Shown here piece by piece: positions 30,149 to 40,164 of a stretch of 64,000 bases of DNA (positions are counted from its first letter, which is position 1; each line of letters starts with the position of its first letter). The position numbers were made by a program, and so were the translations under genes. Under the pieces are notes generated by a model, which saw nothing but the letters and a program-made list of their open reading frames with translations, searched no databases and was not told the DNA's origin. Source of the stretch: an uncultured Planktomarina sp. (GTDB taxonomy: Bacteria; Pseudomonadota; Alphaproteobacteria; Rhodobacterales; Rhodobacteraceae); assembly GCA_951542345.1 (NCBI GenBank), contig CATOCM010000004.1, positions 3,111-67,110 on the forward strand. Direction: 5' to 3'.

Positions 30149-31032
30149 TTCAGCGCCTGCATGTCCTGTTTTATCTGATCCAAAATGCGCGCCGCCGCAC
30201 CACCAGTAATTTTGGCGATATCGTCTTGATATTTAAGTACCGCGCCTATCGTGTCGGTAATCACATCCGGCGACAGAGCTACAATATCCAGCGCAATAAG
30301 GCATTTGGCCCAGTCAAGCGTTTCCGCGAGTCCGGGGCGCTTGAACAGATCCTCTTCACGCAGCTTTTGTATAAAGGCAACTACCTCTAGGCTTAACGCC
30401 TGTTTGGCCTCCGGCACACGGGCCGTCAAAATCTCCATCTCACGGTCAAAGTCTGGGTAATCCACCCAATGATACAAACAGCGCCGTTTCAGAGCGTCAT
30501 GTACCTCGCGAGTACGATTTGATGTCAGGATTACGATAGGCGGGTCTTGCGCCTTGATAACACCAAGCTCAGGCACAGTGACTTGAAAATCTGAGAGGGC
30601 TTCCAACAGGAATGCCTCAAAAGGTGCATCTGAACGATCAATCTCATCAATCAACAGCACGGGTGGGCCGGAGGCATGCGGCTCAACCGCTTTCAGCAAG
30701 GCGCGTTTGATTAGATATTTTTCATTATAGATATCTGCCTCGCCTGCCCCATTTCGCATAGCCAGCATTTGAGCCGCAAAATTCCATTCATAAACTGAAG
30801 TCGACGTGTCCAACCCTTCGTAGCATTGCAAACGTATCAGGTCTCTGCCCAATCCTTTAGCTATCACCTTGGCTAACTCAGTTTTACCAACGCCTGCTTC
30901 ACCTTCTAAGAAAATTGGGCGGTTTAGGGTGAGCGATAGATAGGTCAGCGTGGCCAATGACCTATCTGCCACATAGCCCTCAGAAGCTAGAAAATCAGAA
31001 GTTTTATCAATAGATTTAGGTATTTGTCGCAT
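30145..31032 (-). CDS. coxD: MoxR-type AAA+ ATPase, CoxD-like
   Basis: Walker A in EGEAGVGKTELAKV and Walker B in VLLIDEIDR. The start was set at ATG 31032, which has GGGA 9 nt upstream. The ORF-track start at 31200 would overlap coxM. Confidence 0.85.
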   Translation of the reverse strand: MRQIPKSIDKTSDFLASEGYVADRSLATLTYLSLTLNRPIFLEGEAGVGKTELAKVIAKGLGRDLIRLQCYEGLDTSTSVYEWNFAAQMLAMRNGAGEADIYNEKYLIKRALLKAVEPHASGPPVLLIDEIDRSDAPFEAFLLEALSDFQVTVPELGVIKAQDPPIVILTSNRTREVHDALKRRCLYHWVDYPDFDREMEILTARVPEAKQALSLEVVAFIQKLREEDLFKRPGLAETLDWAKCLIALDIVALSPDVITDTIGAVLKYQDDIAKITGGAAARILDQIKQDMQALK

Positions 31033-31056
31033 GTTATTCATTCCCAAACATACAAC

Positions 31057-31083
31057 ACCAGCCCCAAAATTTTGGAGCTGGTG
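31057..31083 (-). terminator. Strong intra-operon hairpin between coxM and coxD (attenuator, partial terminator or processing site)
   Basis: The minus-strand RNA is CACCAGCUCCAAAAUUUUGGGGCUGGUG. That gives arms of about 12 bp around an AAUU centre, including one G.U pair. It starts 20 nt after the coxM stop and is followed by UUGUAUGUUU. Confidence 0.55.
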
Positions 31084-31102
31084 TGAGATGTAAATAGGCA
31101 GG

Positions 31103-31930
31103 CTAGACCAAAGCGCGTTTGGCCATAACCTTAATAAGATTAGCGCGGTAAGCCGCAGTCCCATGTAAGTCGGACATAAGCCCATCCGCCGAGACCTCAA
31201 TCGCTTCGATCGCTGTTGTGGACCAATCTGCAGATAGAGCCGCTTCTAATCCAGCGTGGCGGTAAACACCATTATCGCCCGCCCCAGTCACAGCAACGCA
31301 CACATCACCGTCAACAGATTTGGCAATAAATACGCCCACCATTGCATAGCGGGACGCCGGGTTGGGAAATTTGCCATAACCGCCCACCGCTGGGGCCTGA
31401 AAGCTCACCGCAGTGATAATCTCATTATCAGCTAACGCCGTTGCAAACATACCTTGGAAGTAATCTTCAGCTTTGATTTCACGACTGTTGGTATGGATTG
31501 TAGCTCTCAAAGCCATTAACGCGGCGGGATAATCAGCTGCAGGATCATTATTGGCTACAGAGCCACCGATGGTGCCACGATGGCGTACCGCAGGATCACC
31601 AATGTTAGCTGCCAATCCAGAGATTACAGGACAAACTTTAGCCAACTCTGTATCACCAGCCACTTCTGCATGCGTGGTCATGGCACCAATGGTTATCGTC
31701 TCACCACCATCTGCCTTCATTATACCCATTTTTTTGCGCTTAGTGATAGTAACGCCACGCAACGCCACAGCCTGGCTCAGATCAATCAGATCGGAGGGTG
31801 CAGCCAGTCTTTGCTTCATAGTAGGGATCAAAGTCTGCCCCCCAGCCAATATTTTACCATCGTCTGTTTTGGCTAACAGTGCTGCCGCGTCTTGCGCCGT
31901 GGAAGCTTTATGAAAATTGGTCTCATACAT
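31103..31930 (-). CDS. coxM: Molybdo-hydroxylase medium (FAD-binding) subunit, CoxM-like
   Basis: 275 aa. ILAGGQTLIP and the CO-dehydrogenase-flavoprotein C-terminal region AAYRANLI are present. Confidence 0.88.
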   Translation of the reverse strand: MYETNFHKASTAQDAAALLAKTDDGKILAGGQTLIPTMKQRLAAPSDLIDLSQAVALRGVTITKRKKMGIMKADGGETITIGAMTTHAEVAGDTELAKVCPVISGLAANIGDPAVRHRGTIGGSVANNDPAADYPAALMALRATIHTNSREIKAEDYFQGMFATALADNEIITAVSFQAPAVGGYGKFPNPASRYAMVGVFIAKSVDGDVCVAVTGAGDNGVYRHAGLEAALSADWSTTAIEAIEVSADGLMSDLHGTAAYRANLIKVMAKRALV

Positions 31931-31942
31931 CGTCCAAACTCC

Positions 31943-34309
31943 TTATTCAGCTGCTAATTTGATGCTTGCAGCCTGCAAAGCAGTCCAGACCGCAGCAGGG
32001 GTGGCAGGCATAGAAAGATTATTGTTGCCAATGGCATCTGTAATTGCATTGATTACAGCCGGTGGAGATCCAATGGCACCTGCTTCACCACAACCTTTCA
32101 TGCCAAGGGGATTTCCTGGGCATGTGGTTGACGCGTGATGCACTGAATAATTTGGCAAGTCATCGGCCCGTGGCATTGTATAATCCATGTAGCTGGCCGA
32201 CAATTGTTGGCCAGCGTCATCATAGACCACATTTTCCAGCATCGCTTGGCCAATTCCCTGAGCTATCCCACCATGCACTTGGCCTTCTACAATCATAGGA
32301 TTAATTATGGTACCAAAATCATCAGATGCTACAAATTGGACAACTTCAGTCACACCGGTATCCGGATCCACCTCAACCTCACAGATATAACATCCCGCTG
32401 GGAAGGTGAAGTTAGTTGGATCGTAGAATGCAGTTTCTTTAAGGCCAGGCTCCATCCCATCAGGAATATTATGCGCGGTATAAGCCGCCAGACCTACTTC
32501 ATGCCAAAGCATCTGCTTATCGGTACCAGCAACTTTCACAGCACCACCCTCAATCACTATGTCATCTTCACCAGCTTCCAGGACATGGGCCGCAATCTTT
32601 TTGACCTTAGCTTCGACCTTATCCATAGCTTTCACGATGGCAGACATGCCCACAGCCCCAGAACGGGATCCATAGGTGCCCATTCCAAATTGGACTTTAT
32701 CAGTATCGCCATGCACAATTTTGATATTCTCAGTCGGAAGATCAAAGCGTTCAGCTACAATCTGAGCGAATGTGGTTTCATGACCTTGGCCGTGGCTGTG
32801 AGAACCAGTGAGAATTTCAATAGTGCCCACTGGATTAACGCGCACTTCGGCACTTTCCCATAGACCTACACCGGCGCCCAAGCTACCCACAGCCGCTGAA
32901 GGTGCGATGCCACAAGCTTCAATATAGTTGGAATAGCCGAGGCCACGAAGCTTACCACGGCCCAGCGCCTCAGCTTTGCGGGCTTTAAATCCGGCTACGT
33001 CAGCCGCCTTTTGCGCTTGCTTTTGGTTGGTTGCAAAGTCACCGCTATCATAAGCCATAATCACTGGGGTTTGATGAGGAAAGGAAGTTACGAAATTTTT
33101 AGCACGAAGTTCAGCGGGATCGACTCCCATTTCACGCGCAGCAGTTTCCATAATCCGTTCAATTACATAGCACGCTTCAGGACGACCAGCACCACGGTAT
33201 GCATCAACCGGCACTGTATTAGTATAAACGGCCTGCACATCACAATAGATATTGGCTATGTTATACTGACCCGAGAGTAGTGTCCCGTAGAGATAGGTTG
33301 GTACTGCCGAACTGAACAGCGACATATAGGCGCCGAGGTTAGCCTTAGTGTTGACCTTCAAACCTACAATCATACCATCTCCATCAAAACCTATTTTGGC
33401 AGTTGATACGTGGTCGCGGCCATGGGCATCAGTCAAAAAAGCTTCAGTGCGATCAGAGGTCCATTTAACTGAACGCCCAGATTTCATAGCAGCCCATAGG
33501 CAAGCAATTTCTTCAGGATAAATGTAGATTTTTGATCCGAATCCACCACCTACGTCCGGCGCTATCACCCTCAACTTATGCTCCGGAGCTACGTTATAAA
33601 ACGCAGAGAGCACCAAACGCGCTACATGGGGATTTTGGCTGGTTGTATAGAGTGTATAATGGTCTTCAGCATCGTTAAATGTGGCAATCGCAGATCTAGG
33701 CTCCATCGGGTTGGGCGCCAAGCGATTGTTGGTGATATCCATTTCCGTTACATGAGCCGCAGTGGCTAGTGCTGCATCAGTAGGGGCTAAATCACCTATT
33801 TCCCAATCAAAAATCAAATTACCGGGCGCATTCTCATGCAGTTGCGGCGCACCGCCCGCTAGGGCCTGCAGCGACCCCACTACCACAGGCAGTTCCTCAT
33901 AGGTAACGACGACTGCTTCAGCTGCTAATGTGGCCAGAGATTTAGTATCAGCCACAACAATGGCCACCGCATCCCCAACATAGCGCACTTTTTCAGTGGC
34001 TAGGGCCGACCATGCGCCCATATTCATCGGGCTGCCATCTTTGGATGTAACGCCCCAGCCGCAAATGATATTACCAATGCCATCTGAGACTAATTCTGCG
34101 CCCATAAGCACTGTTTCAACACCCGCCATTGCCATTGCAGCAGAAGTATCGATCGAGACAATGCGCGCATGGGCATGCGGGCTGCGAACAAAGGCTGCAT
34201 AGGCTTGATTAGGCTCTACAATATCGTCGGTATACCGACCTTTTCCAGTAATGAATCTTTTATCTTCCTTGCGTAAGACCCGGGCTCCAATTCCTTCAGA
34301 CATTATCAT
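31943..34309 (-). CDS. coxL: Molybdopterin-binding large subunit, form-II CoxL-like (xanthine dehydrogenase family)
   Basis: 788 aa. The active-site loop reads AYRGAGR (33182-33202), not the form-I AYXCSFR. The gene order S-L-M is also the form-II arrangement. Confidence 0.88.
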   Translation of the reverse strand: MIMSEGIGARVLRKEDKRFITGKGRYTDDIVEPNQAYAAFVRSPHAHARIVSIDTSAAMAMAGVETVLMGAELVSDGIGNIICGWGVTSKDGSPMNMGAWSALATEKVRYVGDAVAIVVADTKSLATLAAEAVVVTYEELPVVVGSLQALAGGAPQLHENAPGNLIFDWEIGDLAPTDAALATAAHVTEMDITNNRLAPNPMEPRSAIATFNDAEDHYTLYTTSQNPHVARLVLSAFYNVAPEHKLRVIAPDVGGGFGSKIYIYPEEIACLWAAMKSGRSVKWTSDRTEAFLTDAHGRDHVSTAKIGFDGDGMIVGLKVNTKANLGAYMSLFSSAVPTYLYGTLLSGQYNIANIYCDVQAVYTNTVPVDAYRGAGRPEACYVIERIMETAAREMGVDPAELRAKNFVTSFPHQTPVIMAYDSGDFATNQKQAQKAADVAGFKARKAEALGRGKLRGLGYSNYIEACGIAPSAAVGSLGAGVGLWESAEVRVNPVGTIEILTGSHSHGQGHETTFAQIVAERFDLPTENIKIVHGDTDKVQFGMGTYGSRSGAVGMSAIVKAMDKVEAKVKKIAAHVLEAGEDDIVIEGGAVKVAGTDKQMLWHEVGLAAYTAHNIPDGMEPGLKETAFYDPTNFTFPAGCYICEVEVDPDTGVTEVVQFVASDDFGTIINPMIVEGQVHGGIAQGIGQAMLENVVYDDAGQQLSASYMDYTMPRADDLPNYSVHHASTTCPGNPLGMKGCGEAGAIGSPPAVINAITDAIGNNNLSMPATPAAVWTALQAASIKLAAE

Positions 34310-34315
34310 TCCCCC

Positions 34316-34798
34316 CTATACATTCGTCATCTTGGACGCACCGTCCACGATAGATTTCACAATATTGTGGTAGCCAGTGCAGCGGCAAATATTACCTTCC
34401 AACTCATGGCGTATGGCGTCCTCAGTGAGTTCTTTGCCCTGCGTATGATATCGTGTCACCATATCTGTGGCGCTCATGATCATACCTGGAGTACAAAACC
34501 CGCATTGTAGGCCGTGGTTTTCTTTGAACGCCACTTGCATCGGATGCAATTCATCTTTTGATTTGGCGAGGCCTTCAACCGTAGTCACTGCTAGACCCTC
34601 TGCGCTAGCAGCCAACATGGTGCAAGATTTCGTCGCTTGACCGTCCACGTGCACCACACATGCACCGCATTGGCTGGTGTCACAGCCCACATGGGTACCA
34701 GTCAGTCTCAGGTGATCTCGAATATATTCAACAAGCAGGGTATTATCTGCCACCTCACGGGATACAGGTTTCCCGTTTACAGTCATCGCAATTTTCAT
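34316..34798 (-). CDS. coxS: [2Fe-2S] small subunit, CoxS-like
   Basis: [21 protein letters not shown] and [11 protein letters not shown] motifs. The start was set at [11 protein letters not shown] (34798), which has GGGAGAG upstream. Confidence 0.9.
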   Translation of the reverse strand: MKIAMTVNGKPVSREVADNTLLVEYIRDHLRLTGTHVGCDTSQCGACVVHVDGQATKSCTMLAASAEGLAVTTVEGLAKSKDELHPMQVAFKENHGLQCGFCTPGMIMSATDMVTRYHTQGKELTEDAIRHELEGNICRCTGYHNIVKSIVDGASKMTNV

Positions 34799-34818
34799 TT
34801 TCTCTCTCCCTAGCCATA

Positions 34819-35334
34819 TTATTTTTTGAAAATATGTAAAATTCTTTTCCAAAATCCAATTTTTTGCATTGGTACTTCAGCCACTGTTAAGTTGGCCCCT
34901 TCCACTTCGCTCTGAAACGTCTCAAAAAACTGATTTGCCATTTGACTGACAAAACTGTCGATGATGCGAGAGCCTAGCTGTGCTAACTTTCCACCAATTT
35001 GCGCCTTTACCGCATAACTTAATTTTGTTCCTAATTCATCGGCCTCAAGAGTTACATCCGCACCCCCTCGGGCAAACCCGGCAACGCCGCCTTCACCCTT
35101 ACCACTAATGCGCAGACTATATGGGGCATTGAGCTCACTTAAATGCACGGTTCCCTTGAACTTAGCTTTCACGGGGCCAACCTTTTGAACAACAGTAGCC
35201 TCGAAACCACCCTCGACGTCGCCCGTAAGGCTCTGGCACCCTGGCACGCACTTCCTCAGTATCTCTGGGTCAAGCAGGTTTGCCCAAACTTTTTCAGGTG
35301 ATGCAACTATAATGCGGTCGTCTTCAAAATCCAA
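34819..35334 (-). CDS. coxG: CoxG-family SRPBCC protein
   Basis: 171 aa with [28 protein letters not shown]. It uses a TTG start with GGGAGG 8 nt upstream. Confidence 0.8.
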   Translation of the reverse strand: MDFEDDRIIVASPEKVWANLLDPEILRKCVPGCQSLTGDVEGGFEATVVQKVGPVKAKFKGTVHLSELNAPYSLRISGKGEGGVAGFARGGADVTLEADELGTKLSYAVKAQIGGKLAQLGSRIIDSFVSQMANQFFETFQSEVEGANLTVAEVPMQKIGFWKRILHIFKK

Positions 35335-35528
35335 ATATAATGCCTCCCAGGCACGTCAATCACGCATAGGCCAACAGCATTTACTTGAAAACCTTACTTT
35401 AGCTTAGGTTATAATTTTTACTATGCAAGCTATGATTTCTATTCAATCTATAGCAGAAATTCTTTAATTAATTTTTTCGTTTGAAAAAATGCAGCAGCAA
35501 AATCAAATAGAGCTCAGTAATTTACACA

Positions 35529-36416
35529 CTAAACTGAGCCGAGACCGTTAAGATCACACAGCTCCAAATATAATGCTGAGTGATCGAGCTTTGCGCCATT
35601 AAGATCGCTGACTAAGCGCTGAAAGCGATCGCGGGTATTGATCAGAGTTGGTAAGCTTAGCCCAAAGCTTTCAGCCTCTGCCAAAGCATTATTAAGGTCC
35701 TTTAGCTGTAATTCACACAACCCACCAGGAGTGAAGTCTCCAGTCGTCATGCGTGCACCGTGTTGCTGCAAAATTGTACTGTCTGCAAAGCCACCCTTCA
35801 AGGCCACCCTAACCGCGGCCGGGTCGGCCCCACCGTTTTGCAGCATCAACATAGCTTCAGCAACAGCAGCGATTGTAACTGCTACAATGGCTTGATTAGC
35901 CAGCTTTGCTAGTTGGCCAGCACCCAAAGGCCCCACGTGCACAGGCCGCCCCAATGCATTCAATACTATTTTCACAGTTGCAAAATCCTGTGGAGAACCA
36001 CCAGCCATAATGGCGAGGCTTGCCTCTTCAGCACCCTTGGTACCTCCAGACACCGGAGCATCTACATAGCCGACATTCAACTGCGCCAGATTGGCTGCAG
36101 ACGCACGCGCCTCCTCCGGTTTAATCGAGCCCATTTCGACCCAAATAGCGCCAGCTTTCAAAGAGGCGCGCACATCAGGGTCAGACTGCACCATGACTCC
36201 AGTAGGACCATCAGACAACATCGAGATCACGATATCTGCTTGTGCTACGGCACCTGCTGCACTTTGGGCAACTGTTGCTCCAAAGTGGGCCAAATGCTTG
36301 GCCTTATTAGCTGTACGATTCCACACGGTCGTATCCACACCAGCCTGGCAAAGGTTTCGGGCCATCGGCGCTCCCATCAAACCCGTGCCTAATAGGGCAA
36401 TTTTTTTCACTGACAT
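35529..36416 (-). CDS. NAD(P)-dependent oxidoreductase, 3-hydroxyisobutyrate / tartronate-semialdehyde reductase family
   Basis: IALLGTGLMGAPMARNL dinucleotide fold and DAPVSGG motif; start set at ATG 36416. Confidence 0.82.
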   Translation of the reverse strand: MSVKKIALLGTGLMGAPMARNLCQAGVDTTVWNRTANKAKHLAHFGATVAQSAAGAVAQADIVISMLSDGPTGVMVQSDPDVRASLKAGAIWVEMGSIKPEEARASAANLAQLNVGYVDAPVSGGTKGAEEASLAIMAGGSPQDFATVKIVLNALGRPVHVGPLGAGQLAKLANQAIVAVTIAAVAEAMLMLQNGGADPAAVRVALKGGFADSTILQQHGARMTTGDFTPGGLCELQLKDLNNALAEAESFGLSLPTLINTRDRFQRLVSDLNGAKLDHSALYLELCDLNGLGSV

Positions 36417-36666
36417 TGATCTTAAAACCTTTTTTAAACGCAAAGATTACGGTTTACTAAAATATATTTTGGTTGTGAAATAGACAAATTGCAACACATC
36501 AATTCCGCAAAGCAACAGCGATGGTAAATTTAGTCTACTTAAAATTATTTGCTTCACCTGCATAAGTTTGGCTTTTACCCGAGCTAAAAATATAGTTTAA
36601 ATCACGAACATACGGCCTCTCCATGACGATATGGGTCAGCTTTATGATATGATGAAGGATGGAAAG

Positions 36667-37407
36667 ATGGAAAGACTAGCCGGAAAACGCGCCTTGGTCA
36701 CCGCCGCAGGGCAAGGCATTGGCCGCGCCACAGCCTTAGCAATGGCCGCTGAAGGCGCACATGTTTTTGCTACCGACGTCAACCCTGACACGCTGGCTGA
36801 GTTAAAAAGCGCCAGCAGCGGCACGCTTGAGGTAAATGTTTTAGATGTTTTGGACGAGGGCTCTGTAACCGAGGGTGTGGCGCACGCTAATCCAGATATA
36901 TTGTTCAATGGTGTAGGGTTCGTGCATCATGGCAGTATCTTGGAAGCAATCGACGCAGATTGGGAATTTGCCTTAAACCTCAACGTCCGCTCGATGTTGC
37001 GCACAATTCAAGCGGCTCTGCCTGGAATGTTGCAGCGTGGTACTGGTTCGATAATCAATATGTCTTCCGCTTGCTCATCGGTCATTGGCGCGCCAAATAG
37101 GTTCATTTACGGAACCACAAAGGCCGCAGTGATTGGGCTGACAAAATCCGTGGCCATTGATTACATAAGCCAAGGTATTCGCTGCAATGCCATTTGCCCC
37201 GGCACAGTGGAGAGCCCATCCCTTCACGAGCGGTTGCGCGCCACTGGTGATGAAGTGCAAGCCATGAAAGACTTCACCGCCCGCCAACCGATGGGGCGTA
37301 TTGGAACCGCCGAGGAAATTGCTGCTCTTGCGGTTTATTTAGGATCAGACGAAAGTGCATTCACTACTGCCACAACTCAAGTCATAGACGGTGGCTGGTC
37401 GAACTAA
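36667..37407 (+). CDS. SDR-family oxidoreductase (2-keto-3-deoxy-sugar-acid dehydrogenase-like / KduD-like)
   Basis: [13 protein letters not shown] (TGxxxGxG-type) and YGTTKAAV (YxxxK). The start at 36667 has AGGA 7 nt upstream; the ORF-track start is 36631. Confidence 0.82.
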   Translation: MERLAGKRALVTAAGQGIGRATALAMAAEGAHVFATDVNPDTLAELKSASSGTLEVNVLDVLDEGSVTEGVAHANPDILFNGVGFVHHGSILEAIDADWEFALNLNVRSMLRTIQAALPGMLQRGTGSIINMSSACSSVIGAPNRFIYGTTKAAVIGLTKSVAIDYISQGIRCNAICPGTVESPSLHERLRATGDEVQAMKDFTARQPMGRIGTAEEIAALAVYLGSDESAFTTATTQVIDGGWSN

Positions 37408-37448
37408 TCGATGCGAACAAACCATTAAAACTTTACGAGGACCTTAGC

Positions 37449-39236
37449 TTGTCAGATATAAAAACAAAATTACGCTCTCAACTGTGGTTCAATAATCCAG
37501 ACAATCGAGAAATGACTGCTCTATATATTGAGCGATATCTTAACTATGGTCTAACTAGAAACGAGCTCCAATCTGGTAAGCCAATAATTGGCATAGCACA
37601 AACGGGTAGTGACCTTAGCCCGTGCAATCGCCACCACATTGAACTTACGAAACGGGTGAGGGATGGTGTGATTGCGGCTGGTGGAACAGTGATTGAGATC
37701 CCCGTGCACCCTATTCAGGAGACTGGTAAGCGTCCAACTGCGATGCTAGACCGAAATCTAGCATATTTATCATTGGTGGAGACCCTATTTGGCTACCCAA
37801 TTGACGGAGTTGTGCTAAACATTGGCTGTGACAAAACCACACCTGCGCTACTGATGGCTGCGGCCACGGTTAACATCCCCGCGATAGCTCTATCGGTGGG
37901 ACCGATGCTAAACGGCTGGTTCCGTGGCAAACGCTCCGGATCAGGCAGCATCGTTTGGAAAGCCCGCGAAATGCTTGCTGCCGGTGAGATTGACGACGAC
38001 GGATTTATGGAGATGGTGACCTCCTCGGCACCTTCGGTTGGGTATTGCAACACCATGGGCACAGCAACCACTATGAACTCTTTAGCTGAAGGGTTGGGCA
38101 TGCAGTTACCAGGTGCGGCTGCAATTCCTGCACCTTACCGTGAACGAGGGCAAATCAGTTATGAAACCGGCTTGCGCATTGTGGATATGGTGCATGAAGA
38201 TCTACGCCCAGACGCCATTATGACGCGCGAAGCTTTTGAAAATGCTATTGTGATCAACTCCGCTATTGGTGGCTCAACCAATGCGCCAATTCACCTGAAC
38301 GGGATCGCCAAACATTTAGGCGTAGCTTTAAATAATGACGACTGGCAGGGCCTTGGCCATAACGTACCTTTACTAGTTAATTTGCAGCCAGCTGGCGAAT
38401 ATCTCGGCGAAGATTACCATCGGGCGGGCGGCGTGCCTGCAGTGATAGGGGAATTACTGGCAGCTGATTTGCTGCCTCACCCAAATGCGCAGACAGTCAA
38501 TGGAAAGACAATCTTAGAGAACTGTGGTCATCTAAGAAGTGAAAACAGTGATGTGATCAAACAAGTGAACGCGCCACTGGTACAATCGGCTGGGTTTATA
38601 AACCTTAAGGGCAATTTATTTGATAGTGCAATCATGAAAACATCGGTGATTTCACCAGAATTTCGTTCGCGCTATTTGTCCAACCCCGATAGCCCTAACG
38701 CCTTTGAAGGGCGCGCTGTTGTATTTGATGGTCCAGAGGATTTTCACCATACTATTGACGACCAAAGCCTGATGATTGATGCTAATTGCGTATTGATTAT
38801 GCGAGGTGCAGGGCCAATTGGCTATCCTGGCGGGGCCGAAGTGGTGAACATGCGTCCACCCTCCTATCTAATCACCCAAGGCATCACTTCCCTACCCTGT
38901 TTAGGTGATGGACGACAGTCAGGTACGTCTGGCTCTCCTTCCATTCTCAACGCCTCCCCAGAGGCTGCAGACGGTGGTGGCTTAGGCTTAGTCCAGACAG
39001 GCGACACAATTAGGATTGATTTGAACGCTTGCACTGCAGACATGTTGGTGGATCCAGCTGAATTGGAACGTAGGAAGGCGGTCCTCGGCCCTCGCCCATT
39101 TACCCCCGACAGCCAAACACCTTGGCAAGAACTGTTTCGTGAAAAAGTTCAACCCTTTTCCGAAGGTATGACCCTCGAAGGTGCCCATAAATATCAGGAT
39201 ATCGCCCGTAAACATACGCCACGTGACAATCACTAG
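37449..39236 (+). CDS. IlvD/Edd-family sugar-acid dehydratase (pentonate/hexonate dehydratase type)
   Basis: 595 aa with [12 protein letters not shown] and [10 protein letters not shown] motifs. The length and N-terminus ([11 protein letters not shown]) fit the xylonate/arabinonate dehydratase branch rather than biosynthetic IlvD. It uses a TTG start with GAGGA 7 nt upstream. Confidence 0.82.
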   Translation: MSDIKTKLRSQLWFNNPDNREMTALYIERYLNYGLTRNELQSGKPIIGIAQTGSDLSPCNRHHIELTKRVRDGVIAAGGTVIEIPVHPIQETGKRPTAMLDRNLAYLSLVETLFGYPIDGVVLNIGCDKTTPALLMAAATVNIPAIALSVGPMLNGWFRGKRSGSGSIVWKAREMLAAGEIDDDGFMEMVTSSAPSVGYCNTMGTATTMNSLAEGLGMQLPGAAAIPAPYRERGQISYETGLRIVDMVHEDLRPDAIMTREAFENAIVINSAIGGSTNAPIHLNGIAKHLGVALNNDDWQGLGHNVPLLVNLQPAGEYLGEDYHRAGGVPAVIGELLAADLLPHPNAQTVNGKTILENCGHLRSENSDVIKQVNAPLVQSAGFINLKGNLFDSAIMKTSVISPEFRSRYLSNPDSPNAFEGRAVVFDGPEDFHHTIDDQSLMIDANCVLIMRGAGPIGYPGGAEVVNMRPPSYLITQGITSLPCLGDGRQSGTSGSPSILNASPEAADGGGLGLVQTGDTIRIDLNACTADMLVDPAELERRKAVLGPRPFTPDSQTPWQELFREKVQPFSEGMTLEGAHKYQDIARKHTPRDNH

Positions 39237-39245
39237 GAGCATGAC

Positions 39246-40094
39246 ATGAAATTGGTTCGCTACGGCAATGAGGGCGCAGAACGCCCTGGTTTGATAGATA
39301 CGGATGGCGCCTTGCGTGATCTTTCTGCGCATATTGAAGATATTGACGGGCGCATGCTCGATGATGCGTCGCTGGATAGTCTACGCGCTATAGACACATC
39401 GTCCATGCCAAGGGTCGAAGGTACGCCGCGCTTCGCACCTATTGTGGGCAATATTGGAAAGTATCTTTGCATAGGTCTAAATTATTCAGATCATGCTGCA
39501 GAAACTGGAGCTGCGATCCCAGAGCATCCAATCCTATTCTTCAAAGCCAATTCTGCAATCGTAGGTGCCAATGATGATGTGATCATGCCGCGTGGATCCA
39601 CTCATACAGATTGGGAGGTCGAGTTGGGCGTAGTAATTGGCAGTACAGCCAAATATGTGTCTGAACAGGAAGCCCTGTCGCATGTGGCGGGCTACTGCAT
39701 CGTAAATGACGTTTCTGAGCGGCATTTTCAAACTCAATTAACCGGCCAGTGGACCAAAGGCAAAAGCTGCGACACCTTTGGGCCAACCGGACCTTTTTTG
39801 GTAACCCGCGACGAGGTTCCAGATCCACAGGCCCTTGATATGTCACTGGATGTCAACGGTAAGCGCATGCAAACTGGTAATACGTCCACAATGATCTTCA
39901 CCGTGGCCCAAATCATTAGCCATCTGTCACAACTGATGACATTGCACCCCGGTGATATTATCACCACAGGGACCCCACCAGGCGTCGGTATGGGAATTAA
40001 GCCTGACCCTATTTATCTACAGAACGGTGACGTGATGGAGTTGCGAATTACCGGCCTAGGCAAACAACGCCAACGTGTGGGGCAAGACACTTAA
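39246..40094 (+). CDS. Fumarylacetoacetate-hydrolase-family protein (2,4-diketo-3-deoxy-acid hydrolase-like)
   Basis: 282 aa. MKLVRYG ... PGLID at the N-terminus and GDIITTGTPPGVG are typical FAH-family features. Confidence 0.82.
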   Translation: MKLVRYGNEGAERPGLIDTDGALRDLSAHIEDIDGRMLDDASLDSLRAIDTSSMPRVEGTPRFAPIVGNIGKYLCIGLNYSDHAAETGAAIPEHPILFFKANSAIVGANDDVIMPRGSTHTDWEVELGVVIGSTAKYVSEQEALSHVAGYCIVNDVSERHFQTQLTGQWTKGKSCDTFGPTGPFLVTRDEVPDPQALDMSLDVNGKRMQTGNTSTMIFTVAQIISHLSQLMTLHPGDIITTGTPPGVGMGIKPDPIYLQNGDVMELRITGLGKQRQRVGQDT

Positions 40095-40164
40095 ATCATA
40101 ATATCTGATTTTTGGCACAGGAAATCCCAATTTCCAACGAAACCTACAATTTGAAAGTCCCAGC

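Noticed and set aside
32204-32863. 219-aa plus-strand ORF inside coxL
   Set aside because: It lies opposite a strongly supported 788-aa CoxL gene and has no recognisable domains.
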